A stretch of 64,000 nucleotides of DNA from an uncultured delta proteobacterium (GCA_963812015.1 CAWETI010000002.1:1312001-1376000); one strand, 5' to 3'. Counted from the first letter of the stretch, positions 28,883 to 39,249 are shown. Notes: generated from the letters alone by a model not told the origin. Numbers and translations are program-made.

Positions 28883-29743
28883 ATGACCATGGATGATGCC
28901 CTGCAACCCGGAAATATAGCGGCGCCGTATTATGATACGGCCCCGGGTACGCCCGCCGCCAAGCTCTCGGTCCGCCATCTGAACTTTTTCTATGGCAAGA
29001 CCCAGGCGCTCTTCGACAACAACCTGGACATCGCCACTCATAAGGTGACGGCCATCATCGGCCCCTCCGGCTGCGGCAAATCCACCCATCTGCGGATTTA
29101 CAACCGGATTTACGAGCTCTACCCGGAGCACTATGCCGAGGGGCAGGTGCAGGTCGATGGCATGGAAGTCCTCAGCCCCCAGGTAAACCTCATGGAACTC
29201 CGCCGGAAAGTGGGCATGGTGTTTCAGCGGCCCATCCCCTTCCCCATGTCCATCTTCGACAACGTGGCCTTTGGCCTGCGGCAGCACTTTCATTTGCCCA
29301 AGAGCCAGATGGCGGAGCGGGTGGAACAGGCCTTGCATGGCGCGGCCATCTGGGATGAGGTCAAAGACCACCTGGACCGGCCCGGGACTTCCCTGTCCGG
29401 GGGGCAGCAGCAACGGCTGTGCATTGCCCGGGCCATCGTGGTGGAGCCGGAGGTGCTGCTCATGGATGAACCGTGCTCCGCCATCGACCCCTTGAGCACG
29501 AACAAGATTGAAGCATTGATCCATGAGTTGAAATCCCGGTACACCATTGCCATCGTCACCCACAACATGCAACAGGCGGCCCGGGTCTCGGATTATACGG
29601 CATTTTTCTACCAGGGGCACATCATCGATTTTGGCCCCACCCCGGATATCTTCCAGCGACATTCCTTGCTGGATGAGGTGCCACCCAAGGAAAGACTGCA
29701 GGAGCTTCTGGAAAATAAACCGAAATATGCAAGCCTTTCCTGA
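28883..29743 (+). CDS. pstB: Phosphate ABC transporter ATPase, copy 1 (divergent C-terminus)
   Basis: [37 protein letters not shown]. Confidence 0.92.
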   Translation: MTMDDALQPGNIAAPYYDTAPGTPAAKLSVRHLNFFYGKTQALFDNNLDIATHKVTAIIGPSGCGKSTHLRIYNRIYELYPEHYAEGQVQVDGMEVLSPQVNLMELRRKVGMVFQRPIPFPMSIFDNVAFGLRQHFHLPKSQMAERVEQALHGAAIWDEVKDHLDRPGTSLSGGQQQRLCIARAIVVEPEVLLMDEPCSAIDPLSTNKIEALIHELKSRYTIAIVTHNMQQAARVSDYTAFFYQGHIIDFGPTPDIFQRHSLLDEVPPKERLQELLENKPKYASLS

Positions 29744-30633
29744 TGTTCAATACTATAATGAGCATGGTTAATCTGGCGCACACTACCCGAGAAGACGATC
29801 CTGTGGCTGAGGACACCGCGAAATCGAACCGGACGGCAGAAGTCTTTCCCTCTGAAGTCATCCTGAAAGGTCTGGGGATACCCACCAAGCTTGCCGTCCG
29901 GCACCTGAATTTTTACTACGGCGGGACCCAGGCCCTGTTCGACAATAACCTGGATATCGCTGAACATCAGGTGACCGCCATCATCGGTCCCTCCGGCTGC
30001 GGCAAGTCTACTCATCTCCGGGTTTACAACCGCATCTATGAACTCTACCGGGACCAGCGGGCCGAAGGCGAGATCTGGCTGGACGGCGTCAATGTCCTGA
30101 GTCCGGCCCAGGACGTCATGGAACTCCGCAAGAAGATCGGCATGATCTTCCAGAAACCCACGCCGTTTCCCATGAGCGTCTTTGAGAACGTGGCTTACGG
30201 CCTCAGGATGCATTACGCCTTGAGCAAGAGCGAAATGGCCGACCGGGTGGAGGATGCCTTAAAACGTTCCGCCTTGTGGGATGAAGTCAAAGACGTTCTG
30301 TATCGCCCGGGCACGGCCCTGTCCGGCGGGCAGCAGCAGCGGCTTTGCATCGCCCGGACCATCGTGGTGGAGCCGGAACTCCTGCTGATGGATGAACCCT
30401 GCTCGGCCATCGACCCCATCGGTACCGCCAAGGTGGAGGAACTGATCAACGAATTGAAAGCCGAATTTACCATCGTCATTGTCACCCATAACATGCAGCA
30501 GGCCGCCCGGGTCTCGGACTTCACTGCCTTTTTTTACGTGGGGAGGGTCGTCGAGTTCGGCACCACCCAACAAATTTTCACCAATCCCGCCAACAAACAG
30601 ACTGAGCAGTACATCACCGGGCGCTTCGGCTGA
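29743..30633 (+). CDS. pstB: Phosphate ABC transporter ATPase, copy 2
   Basis: Same motifs plus canonical [15 protein letters not shown] end; true start may be GTG at 29803. Confidence 0.94.
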   Translation: MFNTIMSMVNLAHTTREDDPVAEDTAKSNRTAEVFPSEVILKGLGIPTKLAVRHLNFYYGGTQALFDNNLDIAEHQVTAIIGPSGCGKSTHLRVYNRIYELYRDQRAEGEIWLDGVNVLSPAQDVMELRKKIGMIFQKPTPFPMSVFENVAYGLRMHYALSKSEMADRVEDALKRSALWDEVKDVLYRPGTALSGGQQQRLCIARTIVVEPELLLMDEPCSAIDPIGTAKVEELINELKAEFTIVIVTHNMQQAARVSDFTAFFYVGRVVEFGTTQQIFTNPANKQTEQYITGRFG

Positions 30634-30796
30634 GCTGGGCCCCGGGCTGCCTCCCCTACGACGTTTCCTCGCTTTCCCCCCGCTTCCGGCCTCATCCTCA
30701 AAACGCGGCTGCTTATTTTTGCCGGCAGGACTTGATTATCCTGAAAACAACAATATTATAGATATTTAAGTCTAGGAAATCGGCGGATAACCACCT

Positions 30797-31852
30797 GTGC
30801 CCAAATCATTTAGGAGAATGGCCCGCAAGGCCGGCCTGCCCCCGGGTTCCCTGATATATACGGGGGAGGAGGAGCACCTGGCGGCCAAAATCACCGTCAC
30901 TCGTTACAACGAGCACGATTTCCGAGAAGACAAGGTTGATAATCTGACCGAATGCCCGCTGGCAGACGATCAGGGCAGGGTAACCTGGATCAATGTCAGC
31001 GGCATCCACCAGGTGAAGAACCTGGAAAAGCTGGGCGAGTGCTTCACTATCCACCCCCTGGTGTTGGAAGACATCCTGGATGCGGAACAACGGCCCAAAA
31101 TCGAGGACTATGACGATTATCTCTATATCGTCTTAGCCACCAGCAGACCTGGCGCCGAGAGCCAGGAACTCGTGTCGGAGCAGATCAGCCTCATTCTAGG
31201 GCCCCATTACGTCATCTCCTTCCAAGAAGGCGACGGCGATCTCTTTGCGCCCATCCGGGAGCGGCTCCTCAAGGCCAAAGGGCGGATCCGCAAGCTGGGG
31301 GCCGATTATCTCGCCTATACCCTCATCGATCTGATCGTGGATAATTATTTTGTGGAACTGGAAAAATTCGGCGACCAGGTGGAATTTCTGGAAGACAAAG
31401 TGATGAGCCAGCCCACGCCCGAGACGTTGCGCGATGTGCACCGGTTTAAGAATGACATGATCATGTTGCGCAAATCCCTGTGGCCCTTGCGGGAAGTGAT
31501 CGCCCGGCTGGAGCGCCGGGAGTCCCCCTTGATCGGCGAAAATCTGGCGATGTATTTTAGAGACGTCTATGATCACACCATCATCGCCATTGAAACGGTG
31601 GAGACCTATCGGGACATCCTGTCGGGGATGCTGGATATTTACCTTTCGTCCATGAGCAACCGGCTCAACGAGATCATGAAGGTATTGACCATCATCGCCA
31701 CCATCTTCATGCCGCTGACCTTTATCACCAGTCTTTACGGCATGAACTTCAAGAATATGCCGGAGTTGCAATGGCGATACGGTTATTATGGGGTGGTCGT
31801 GGTGATCGCGGTTGCCATGCTCGAGTACTTCCGAAGAAAACGCTGGATTTAA
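30797..31852 (+). CDS. corA: Magnesium/cobalt transporter CorA
   Basis: GLPPGSL, HPLVLEDI..QRPK, NEIMKVLT, YGMNF..MPEL. Confidence 0.95.
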   Translation: MPKSFRRMARKAGLPPGSLIYTGEEEHLAAKITVTRYNEHDFREDKVDNLTECPLADDQGRVTWINVSGIHQVKNLEKLGECFTIHPLVLEDILDAEQRPKIEDYDDYLYIVLATSRPGAESQELVSEQISLILGPHYVISFQEGDGDLFAPIRERLLKAKGRIRKLGADYLAYTLIDLIVDNYFVELEKFGDQVEFLEDKVMSQPTPETLRDVHRFKNDMIMLRKSLWPLREVIARLERRESPLIGENLAMYFRDVYDHTIIAIETVETYRDILSGMLDIYLSSMSNRLNEIMKVLTIIATIFMPLTFITSLYGMNFKNMPELQWRYGYYGVVVVIAVAMLEYFRRKRWI

Positions 31853-31948
31853 TTCCAATGCGCTTCCCTTAAAGGGCGGGGAGACCCCGTCCCTCGATGG
31901 GTGCTTCAGGAAACAGCACTGGTTGTCTATCAAAAGGAGGATCTGACC

Positions 31949-32554
31949 ATGGCGGTTAAGGTGGGCAAGCCGGCCCCGGAGTTTGAAACCAAGGCCTATA
32001 CCCAGGGCGAAATCAAGACGGTGAAGTTGGCGGATTACAAGGGCAAGTGGGTGATACTCTACTTCTATCCCGGGGATTTCACCTTTGTCTGTCCCACGGA
32101 ATTGACGGCGGTTGCCTCTAAATACGAGGAAATTAAGGATCTGGGGGCCGAGGTCCTGGCCATCAGCATCGACAGTCCCTATACCCACAAAGTCTGGCAG
32201 GAAACCGAGCTTTCCAAGATGATTCCCGGGGGGCTGCCTTATCCCATGCTCTGGGACAAGGCCGGAAGCATCGGCGAGGCCTACGACGTCTATGACGAGG
32301 CCACCGGGGTGGATATCCGGGGCCGTTTCCTCATCGACCCTGACGGCGTTCTCCAGGCTATGGAGGTGCTGGCCCCGGCGGTGGGCCGCAACGTGGCCGA
32401 GATGATCCGGCAGATCCGGGCCTGCCAGTACGTCCGGGAGAGACCCAAAGAGGCCACCCCCGCCGGCTGGGAACCGGGGAAAAAATCCCTGAAGCCCGGC
32501 GAAGAACTGGTGGGCAAGGTCTGCGACATGTGGGCCCCGGATATGGCCTTCTGA
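31949..32554 (+). CDS. Peroxiredoxin (AhpC/Prx1-like)
   Basis: FYPGDFTFVCPTE, RGRFLIDPDG, GRNVAE, TPAGWEPG; AAGGAGG RBS. Confidence 0.95.
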   Translation: MAVKVGKPAPEFETKAYTQGEIKTVKLADYKGKWVILYFYPGDFTFVCPTELTAVASKYEEIKDLGAEVLAISIDSPYTHKVWQETELSKMIPGGLPYPMLWDKAGSIGEAYDVYDEATGVDIRGRFLIDPDGVLQAMEVLAPAVGRNVAEMIRQIRACQYVRERPKEATPAGWEPGKKSLKPGEELVGKVCDMWAPDMAF

Positions 32555-32744
32555 GATAAACCAGGCCATCGGCGCCAATTATCCGAGAAACCAGCCTTTT
32601 TTTTCCACAAACGGAGGGCAGGTTTTACGGGTTTCCTTTAATTTACCGACAATCTCTTAAAAATTGTCTGCGCGGTGAGGTGACGTTTCGGCAAGAGTCG
32701 CCCCGGGTCCATTTCCGGGCCCCGGCTCTTAAAAAGGCCATCGA

Positions 32745-33581
32745 GTGAAGCAGCTCTACGACCAGCGGGAGGTGGCCCGGCTCACCGGCATCTCCGAAAG
32801 CCAAATTCGCTCCTGGGCCCGGCAGGGTCTCATCGCCCACCGGGAAAAGGAACGGGGCCGGCTTTGGTTCGACTTCCAGAGTCTGGTGGCCTTCCGGACG
32901 GTGAGGGATTTGCGCCGGCAGGGGGTCTCGCTGCACCAGATCAGAAATTGCGTGGAGAAACTGCGGCAGATCATGCCCGGGATCAAGCAGCCCCTGTCGG
33001 AGGTGCGGATCTCCCTGGTCAAAGGCCGGCTCATCCTGGGCAAAAACCGCCGGCGCTTTACTCCCGAAGGCCAGCTTCTCATCGACTTCACCGGCGGGGA
33101 GAGCGCCCCCGTGCCCCTGGCCACGCAGGCCCACGAAGAATTATTTTCCCAGGCCCTGGACGATGAGGAGGCCGGGCGGTTGTCGGAGGCCCGGGAGAAA
33201 TACGAAAAAATCCTGGCGGCGGTGCCGGATCACGTGGAGGCCCTGGTGAACCTGGGCAACATCCTCTACCTGTCGGGCCATGAAACCGCTGCGGCCTCCC
33301 GTTACCTCCAGGCCCTGGGCATCAATCCGGATAACGTGGAGGCCAACTACAACCTGGCCAACCTTCTGGAAGGCCAGGGGGAAATGGATGCGGCCGTCCT
33401 CTTTTATAAAAAGGCCATCCAGGTGGAGCCTGAGTTTGCCGACGCCCACTTCAACCTGGCCATGGTCCTGGAGGCCGTGGGGAATGTCCGAAGCGCCCGG
33501 GATCACTGGCGGCGCTACCTGGAGATAGACCCGGAGAGCAAGTGGGCGGATTTCATCAAGCGGCGGCTGGAAGAAACCTGA
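32745..33581 (+). CDS. MerR-type HTH plus TPR protein
   Basis: EVARLTGIS..QIRSWARQGLI HTH; C-terminal TPRs (EALVNLG, EANYNLA, DAHFNLA). Confidence 0.85.
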   Translation: MKQLYDQREVARLTGISESQIRSWARQGLIAHREKERGRLWFDFQSLVAFRTVRDLRRQGVSLHQIRNCVEKLRQIMPGIKQPLSEVRISLVKGRLILGKNRRRFTPEGQLLIDFTGGESAPVPLATQAHEELFSQALDDEEAGRLSEAREKYEKILAAVPDHVEALVNLGNILYLSGHETAAASRYLQALGINPDNVEANYNLANLLEGQGEMDAAVLFYKKAIQVEPEFADAHFNLAMVLEAVGNVRSARDHWRRYLEIDPESKWADFIKRRLEET

Positions 33582-33604
33582 GGCCAGGCGACGGGAGTGT
33601 CCAG

Positions 33605-33955
33605 GTGATTAATCTGAAGCGGGCTTACGAAAAACCGGCCCGGGAAGATGGCTTCCGGGTCCTGGTGGAACGGCTCTGGCCCCGGGGCCTGACGAAAGAG
33701 GCGGCGGCCCTGGATTTGTGGCTCAAGGACATCGCCCCCAGCCCGGGGTTGCGCCGGTGGTTCGGGCATGATCCGTCCAGGTGGGAGGAATTCTGCCGGC
33801 GCTACCGGGCCGAACTGACGGACCGACTATCCGCCGTCAAAATCCTCCGGGAGAAACTGCGTGAGGGGCAGGTCACCCTGGTGTACGGATCCCGGGACCA
33901 GGAACACCACGCCGCCGTGGCCTTAAAAAAATTCCTGGAAACCGAGGCATCTTAA
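33605..33955 (+). CDS. DUF488 / YeaO family protein
   Basis: KRAYE...DGFRVLVERLWPRG, WLKDIAPS..LRRWFGHDP. Confidence 0.9.
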   Translation: MINLKRAYEKPAREDGFRVLVERLWPRGLTKEAAALDLWLKDIAPSPGLRRWFGHDPSRWEEFCRRYRAELTDRLSAVKILREKLREGQVTLVYGSRDQEHHAAVALKKFLETEAS

Positions 33956-34019
33956 AAGCTGTAAGAGAAGGCGGGTTCACCAAGCAAGGTCATAAGATCC
34001 CCGATCGGGAGGTGTTGTC

Positions 34020-34568
34020 ATGCAACGGTTTGTGGTCTTTTGGTGTGTGATCGCCATGGTTCTTACTTTTACCGCGGTGTGCGGCTCAGGAGGGCAACCC
34101 ATGCAGATAATATCCAGCGCCTTTCAAGATGGCGGCAAAATTCCTCTCCACTACGTGATGCCCGGAGCCGGGGGCCAAAACCTCTCGGTGCCACTGGGCT
34201 GGTCCAACGCCCCGGCGGGCACCCAGTCGTTCGCCCTGGCCATGGTGGACCCCCATCCCATCGCCAATAACTGGGTGCACTGGCTGGTGATCGACCTCCC
34301 CAAAGACGCCACCTCCCTGGCCGAGGGGGCATCCGGTAAGAGCATGCCGAAAGGTGCGAAGGAGTTGAAAAACTCCTTTGGCGACCGGGGTTACGGTGGC
34401 CCGCAGCCTCCCCGGGGCAGCGGCGACCATCCTTACGTCTTCACCCTCTATGCCCTGAGCGCTCCAAACGTCGCGCTCGGCCAGAGCTCCAGCCTGGCCG
34501 CCTTTCAGCAGGCCCTGGAGGGCAAAATCCTGGCCAAAGCCACCCTCACCGGTTATTTCGGCAGATAG
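34020..34568 (+). CDS. YbhB/YbcL family (PEBP) protein, exported
   Basis: SSAF..GG.IP, MVDP, WVHW, GYGGPQPP.G.GDH.Y.FTLYAL; N-terminal signal. Confidence 0.9.
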   Translation: MQRFVVFWCVIAMVLTFTAVCGSGGQPMQIISSAFQDGGKIPLHYVMPGAGGQNLSVPLGWSNAPAGTQSFALAMVDPHPIANNWVHWLVIDLPKDATSLAEGASGKSMPKGAKELKNSFGDRGYGGPQPPRGSGDHPYVFTLYALSAPNVALGQSSSLAAFQQALEGKILAKATLTGYFGR

Positions 34569-34679
34569 GTTTCCCTTCCCCCACGGAATCATGGGAAGAG
34601 CGGGGCGGCGCCACACCGCCCCCTCCCCCCCGCTTTTCTGATGCCCCTATCCTGATCTGGCCGAGGAAGAGATTTTGCC

Positions 34680-34814
34680 TAGAAGCTATTTCAAAACCGG
34701 TTTATTGTGTTACCCTGAGCGCCTGCGAAGGGTATATGTTATTGGAAAGACTAGATTCTTCGCTTCGCTCAGAATGACAAACTGGCGCAAAAAGAGGTTT
34801 TGAAATAGGTTCTA
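34680..34814. mobile_element. MITE-like element with 19-bp TIR enclosing a palindromic core
   Basis: TAGAAGCTATTTCAAAACC ... GGTTTTGAAATAGGTTCTA (18/19 match); core gttaccctgagcg..cgaagg / gattcttcgcttcgctcagaatgac. Confidence 0.75.
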
Positions 34815-34981
34815 TGAAATTGATTATTCGAAAAAGTTTGTGCTATGATGCTCCCCACGATTGGATCTGGCTTCGAGAAGATGCTGGTTGTGGAAATTCG
34901 CCTCGGGACCAGAGGTCTCACATGCCATGTTAAGACGGGAGCAAGTGAGACTGCCGCATAATCTCGAATAAGGAGGCTTTC

Positions 34982-35398
34982 ATGACCCTGAGACGCGCCC
35001 TTACCGGCCTGGCACTCTGTGTGATGGCCCTGACTTTCCTCATGGGCTGTGTGGAACCGGGCCCGCCGCCGCCGCCCCCGCCGATGGTGGAGCCGCCGCC
35101 GCCCCCACCGCCCCCGCCGCTTTACTTCGTGAACGTTTCCAGCCTGGCCCTCCGGGACGGCCCGACCACCGCGGCGCCCCAGATCGGCACCCTGGAGTTT
35201 AACGATGAAGTGGAGATCATGGAATCCACCGGGAGCTGGGCCCGGGTGATGGACCTGCGCCGCAATATCGTCGGCTGGGCCTCCATGCGCTATCTGCAGC
35301 CGGTACCGGCTGACCGGCCGCGGTCCGTGCCCCGGCGTCGGGCGCCGGCTCCCGAGGAGCCAGCTCCCAAGCCCCCCGCCGCCCCCAAGGCCATGTAG
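34982..35398 (+). CDS. SH3b-domain lipoprotein with poly-Pro linker
   Basis: Lipobox LMGC; VNVSSLALRDGP...W..V....GWAS.RYL; AAGGAGG RBS. Confidence 0.85.
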   Translation: MTLRRALTGLALCVMALTFLMGCVEPGPPPPPPPMVEPPPPPPPPPLYFVNVSSLALRDGPTTAAPQIGTLEFNDEVEIMESTGSWARVMDLRRNIVGWASMRYLQPVPADRPRSVPRRRAPAPEEPAPKPPAAPKAM

Positions 35399-35521
35399 GG
35401 GCTATTCTCCGGAGCACATATGGGGAGAAAAACTCGCCGGGTTTCCTGGGTGCAACGGGGATGAATTCCGGCGCCAGCCAGGGCTTGGAGCTGTGAGAAA
35501 ACCGGCCGATAGGCCAACGGG

Positions 35522-35553
35522 CCGGGGCGTGAGACCATACGCCCCGGTTTTTT
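35522..35553 (+). terminator. Intrinsic terminator
   Basis: CCGGGGCGT-loop-ACGCCCCGG-TTTTTT. Confidence 0.75.
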
Positions 35554-35702
35554 GTCATCCCTGGGGAAGATTCTGCGCGGTGGCCTCAACGCCCATAAGA
35601 AGCCGTTGCCAATCCGGCGGGGTCCGGCTCCGGGGGGGTGGCAGCGACCCTGTCGCCAGGGCCAGGGGAAAAGGGGACAGATCGATCAGGAGGTTATAGA
35701 TT

Positions 35703-36365
35703 TTGGAGAAATTTCACGAACGGACCCGATATAGTTTTCTCCTGGTGTGCCTGTTTTTTGTTATTGCCTTAATGCCGATTATTGAAGATTATTTCGATAT
35801 AAGATTTCTTGTATCTATTGCATTATCATTACTCGCTATTTCGGCAATCTATGCGGTTACTGGGAAAAAGATAATTTTTAGCGTAGGTATAATATTAATA
35901 ATTCCAGTAATTATTGCCTTATGGTTAAGTTTTATTATAAAAAATAATTTTACACAAGCAATTTATCTCGCAGCTCATATAATTTTTTTAGGATTTATTA
36001 CATTATATATTTTTTTATCAACATATAAAGCCAAAGAAGTCAACAGAGGCGTTATCCATGGAGCCATAGTAGTATATTTATTGATCGGTTTCAGTTGGAG
36101 CTTTATATATGCATTAATCGAATGCCTCCATCCAGGCTCGTTTTCCCATATAAGTGACTCCTCATTATTTGGACACCGGCCTTTCGTGTACTTTAGCTTT
36201 GTCACCCTGACCACTTTGGGCCTCGGAGATATCGGCCCCACAACCCCCATAGCCCGATCTCTGGTTATCCTGGAGGCGATTATCGGTCAGCTCTATCTCA
36301 TCATAAATGTTTCCTGGCTGGTCGGCCTTTACGTCGCCCATACCCGCGATGAGAGAAAACCATAA
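35703..36365 (+). CDS. Ion-channel (K+ channel pore family) membrane protein
   Basis: YFSFVTLTTLGLGDI.P, EAIIGQLYL; AGGAGG RBS before TTG. Confidence 0.85.
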   Translation: MEKFHERTRYSFLLVCLFFVIALMPIIEDYFDIRFLVSIALSLLAISAIYAVTGKKIIFSVGIILIIPVIIALWLSFIIKNNFTQAIYLAAHIIFLGFITLYIFLSTYKAKEVNRGVIHGAIVVYLLIGFSWSFIYALIECLHPGSFSHISDSSLFGHRPFVYFSFVTLTTLGLGDIGPTTPIARSLVILEAIIGQLYLIINVSWLVGLYVAHTRDERKP

Positions 36366-36492
36366 AGATTCCTCAAGGTTCTCCTGAGGATCAGGTGAAG
36401 GCTCTTTGCTTCCGCCGCCGTACCCGGTCTCTTATAGTTCAGCCCTGAGGCGCCAAAAATTTACCCTCTGATGAAGGTCATGGGAGGTCCCT

Positions 36493-39249
36493 ATGCTTAA
36501 ACCTATCCCCCTCTGTGTTTGGATCATGATCGCCGCGCTGACGGCCACCCCCGGTTGGGCCGGGAAAAAAAGTGAGGCACCTCCTGCGGCCGCGCCGGCT
36601 CAGGATATCTCGAACCCGGAGCAGGCAGGGGAAGGGGGCGAAGCCGCTGAGTTAATCCGCCAGACCAGGGAATTGATGAAGGCGGGGAAATTCGAGGAAG
36701 CCCTACCCTTAGCTCGGCAGGCTTTAGAGATTCGGGAGAAGAAGCTGGGTCCAGATCATCCCGGCACCGCCGGCAGCCTCATGTTGGTGGGCAGAATTGA
36801 AGACGCCCAGTTTCGTTTTTATAAAGCCCTGCCCCTGTACCAGCGCGCCTTAAAGATCAGGGAAAAGACCCTGGGGCCGGATAACCCGGATACCGCCGCC
36901 AGCATGGCTCTGCTGGCCAGGATCTATGCCATCCTGGGCTTCTTCGACAAGGGCTTGCCCCTGGCCCAGCAAGCCTTGAAGATCAGGGAAAAGGCCCTGG
37001 GCCCCGATAACCCGCAAACCGCTCTGAGCCTGATGATCCTGGGGTTCCTCTATGGACAAATGGGTGACCACGACAAGGCCCTGCTCTTAACCCAGCAATC
37101 CTTAAGGATAAGCGAAAAGGCCTTGGGTCCGAATGACCCGCAGACTGCCACCGCCCTGGACAATTTGGCCCAGCTCTACTCCCGTCAGGGTTTGTATGAT
37201 CAAGCCCTGCCCCTGGCCCAGCGAGCCGCCCGGATTAGAGAACAGACGTTAGGGCTGGAACACCGGCGGACCGCAATGGCTCTCAAATTTTTGGGATTTT
37301 TGTACCTGGCTAAGAAAGATTATGGCCAGGCGGAGGCCTGTTTCCGGCGGGCCGCACATCAACAGGGGGAACAGGGCATGGTGGAACTCTATCTGGCCAC
37401 CGGGCGGTATGAGGCTGCCCTGGACACCTTATCCCGCATTGCTCCCGCGGCCTGGACGAGACCCCAATACCAGGCCCAGTTTTATACCCAAAAAGGGCTG
37501 GCCCTGAAGGGGCTGGGACGCCGGCAGGAGGCGTATACCGCCTTCACGGAGGCCATCGGCACTATTGAAGAGCTTCGGGCCCGGACCCCGGGGGCGCGCA
37601 CCTCCTTCTTCGAAACCGGCATTCTCAGTGGGTATTTTCAGGCCTATCGGGGCATGGTGGAGGTTCTAGCCGAGATGGCCCAGAAGGGCGATGCTCTCCC
37701 TGCTCCCGGGCAAACTTACGGCCCGGACCCCGGGGCGGCGGCCTTCTATTTTGCTGAATCCATCAAGGCCCGATCGTTGCTGGAGGCCATGGCCGCCGGG
37801 GCGAGTCGGGTAAGCGACCCCATAGCTCCGGATTTGGCGGCCAAGGAAAACAGCCTCCGGGAACGCCTGGAGACTCTGGAAGCCCAGAGGGAGGAAAAAT
37901 TACAGGAACGGGGTAAAGGTTGGGACCGGAAAGAACAACCCGTGCAGGAATTCAAGCTCAAAATAGCCGCCTTACAAAAAGAGCAGCAGCAGTTGGTGGA
38001 GGAAATGCGGCGTCGGAATCCCCGCTATGCGGCCCTGCGTTATCCTCAACCCTATAAGGCTCAGGAACTGCCCCTGAAACCGGGCGAGGTGCTGTTGGAG
38101 TATGCCCTGGGAGATAAGGAGAGTTTTATCTTCCGGGTGGAGCCCGGGTGCAAGGTGCAGGTTTTCCGTCTTCCCCTGGGACAAGAGGCGTTGGAGAAGC
38201 GACTGGCCGTGGTGCTGGCCCCCTTCAGGCAGAGTGTGCTGCGCCGGGAGGATTTGACGCGCTTTTCTCTCAGCGAGGCCGCCGGGCTGTATGGCGAACT
38301 CCTGGCGCCGGCCCTGGCCGGGGTGGCCCCGGGGACCCACCTGATCATCGTGCCGGATGGGGCCTTGGGAGCCTTCCCCTTTGAGGCGCTGGTGGTGGAG
38401 GCGAAGGGGGATTGGGGCAAAAGTGTCCTGGTGGGGGACCGCTGGCCCGTGACCTACTCCCAGTCGGCCGCCATCCTGGCCCTGAACCGTCATCTGGCGA
38501 CCTCCCGGGCTTCCCAGGCCCTCTTCGCCCTGGGCGACTGCATCTATGATAAAGGCAGTTCTCGGTATCAGGCCTATAAGGCGCACCAGGGACAGGCGGG
38601 GGAACTGCGCCATGCCGGGCCGGAAAAAGTCCTCACCATGTCGGCCACTGGCGTCAGAGGGGTTCAACTGCAGTTTCCGCCGCTGCCCGAGACCCGGAAG
38701 ACGGTGGAGGATCTGGCTGCCCTGTTCGGGGAGGCGCCCCGGCCCCCCCAAGTCCTCCTGGACGTAGAGGCCACCGAGACCCGGGTGCGTCAGACGCACC
38801 TAGAACAATACCGCTATCTCTTCTTCGGCACCCATGGGTTTCTGGCGGACAATCTGGCCGGGGTGCAGGAACCAACCCTGGTGCTAACCCAGGTGGAGAA
38901 TAAGTCACCCGACAACGGGTTTCTCAGCTTCAGCAAGGTTCTGCAGCTCAAGTTGGACGCCGATCTGGTGACTCTGGCGGCGTGCATGACCGGCGCCGGG
39001 CAGATTATGCAGGGAGAGGGGGTGCTGAATTTCGCCCGGGCCTTCCAGCAGGCCGGGGCCCGCAGTGTCATGGTGACCCTGTGGAACATCCCGGTGGAAG
39101 AATCCCTCACGTTTTACCACACGTTTTATCAGGGCGTGAAAAGCGGCAAGACCAGGCTCCAGGCCCTTCAGGCGGCCCGTAAGTCTGTCCGGGATAAAGA
39201 ACCCCACCCCTATTTTTGGTCAGGCATCATTCTCCACGGCGAGGGGTAG
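36493..39249 (+). CDS. Secreted TPR plus CHAT (caspase-like) domain protein
   Basis: Signal peptide; 42-aa TPRs (AL.IREK.LGPD.P.TA); IIVPDGAL..FPFEAL, FGTHG, TLAAC.TG, AGARSVMVTLW, HPYFWSG. Confidence 0.92.
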   Translation: MLKPIPLCVWIMIAALTATPGWAGKKSEAPPAAAPAQDISNPEQAGEGGEAAELIRQTRELMKAGKFEEALPLARQALEIREKKLGPDHPGTAGSLMLVGRIEDAQFRFYKALPLYQRALKIREKTLGPDNPDTAASMALLARIYAILGFFDKGLPLAQQALKIREKALGPDNPQTALSLMILGFLYGQMGDHDKALLLTQQSLRISEKALGPNDPQTATALDNLAQLYSRQGLYDQALPLAQRAARIREQTLGLEHRRTAMALKFLGFLYLAKKDYGQAEACFRRAAHQQGEQGMVELYLATGRYEAALDTLSRIAPAAWTRPQYQAQFYTQKGLALKGLGRRQEAYTAFTEAIGTIEELRARTPGARTSFFETGILSGYFQAYRGMVEVLAEMAQKGDALPAPGQTYGPDPGAAAFYFAESIKARSLLEAMAAGASRVSDPIAPDLAAKENSLRERLETLEAQREEKLQERGKGWDRKEQPVQEFKLKIAALQKEQQQLVEEMRRRNPRYAALRYPQPYKAQELPLKPGEVLLEYALGDKESFIFRVEPGCKVQVFRLPLGQEALEKRLAVVLAPFRQSVLRREDLTRFSLSEAAGLYGELLAPALAGVAPGTHLIIVPDGALGAFPFEALVVEAKGDWGKSVLVGDRWPVTYSQSAAILALNRHLATSRASQALFALGDCIYDKGSSRYQAYKAHQGQAGELRHAGPEKVLTMSATGVRGVQLQFPPLPETRKTVEDLAALFGEAPRPPQVLLDVEATETRVRQTHLEQYRYLFFGTHGFLADNLAGVQEPTLVLTQVENKSPDNGFLSFSKVLQLKLDADLVTLAACMTGAGQIMQGEGVLNFARAFQQAGARSVMVTLWNIPVEESLTFYHTFYQGVKSGKTRLQALQAARKSVRDKEPHPYFWSGIILHGEG

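Noticed and set aside
35062..35120. (CCG)n tandem repeat
   Set aside because: Encodes the poly-proline linker of the SH3 lipoprotein
35400..35520. Possible riboswitch or sRNA after the SH3 gene
   Set aside because: No consensus match or compelling fold; treated as 3'UTR before the terminator
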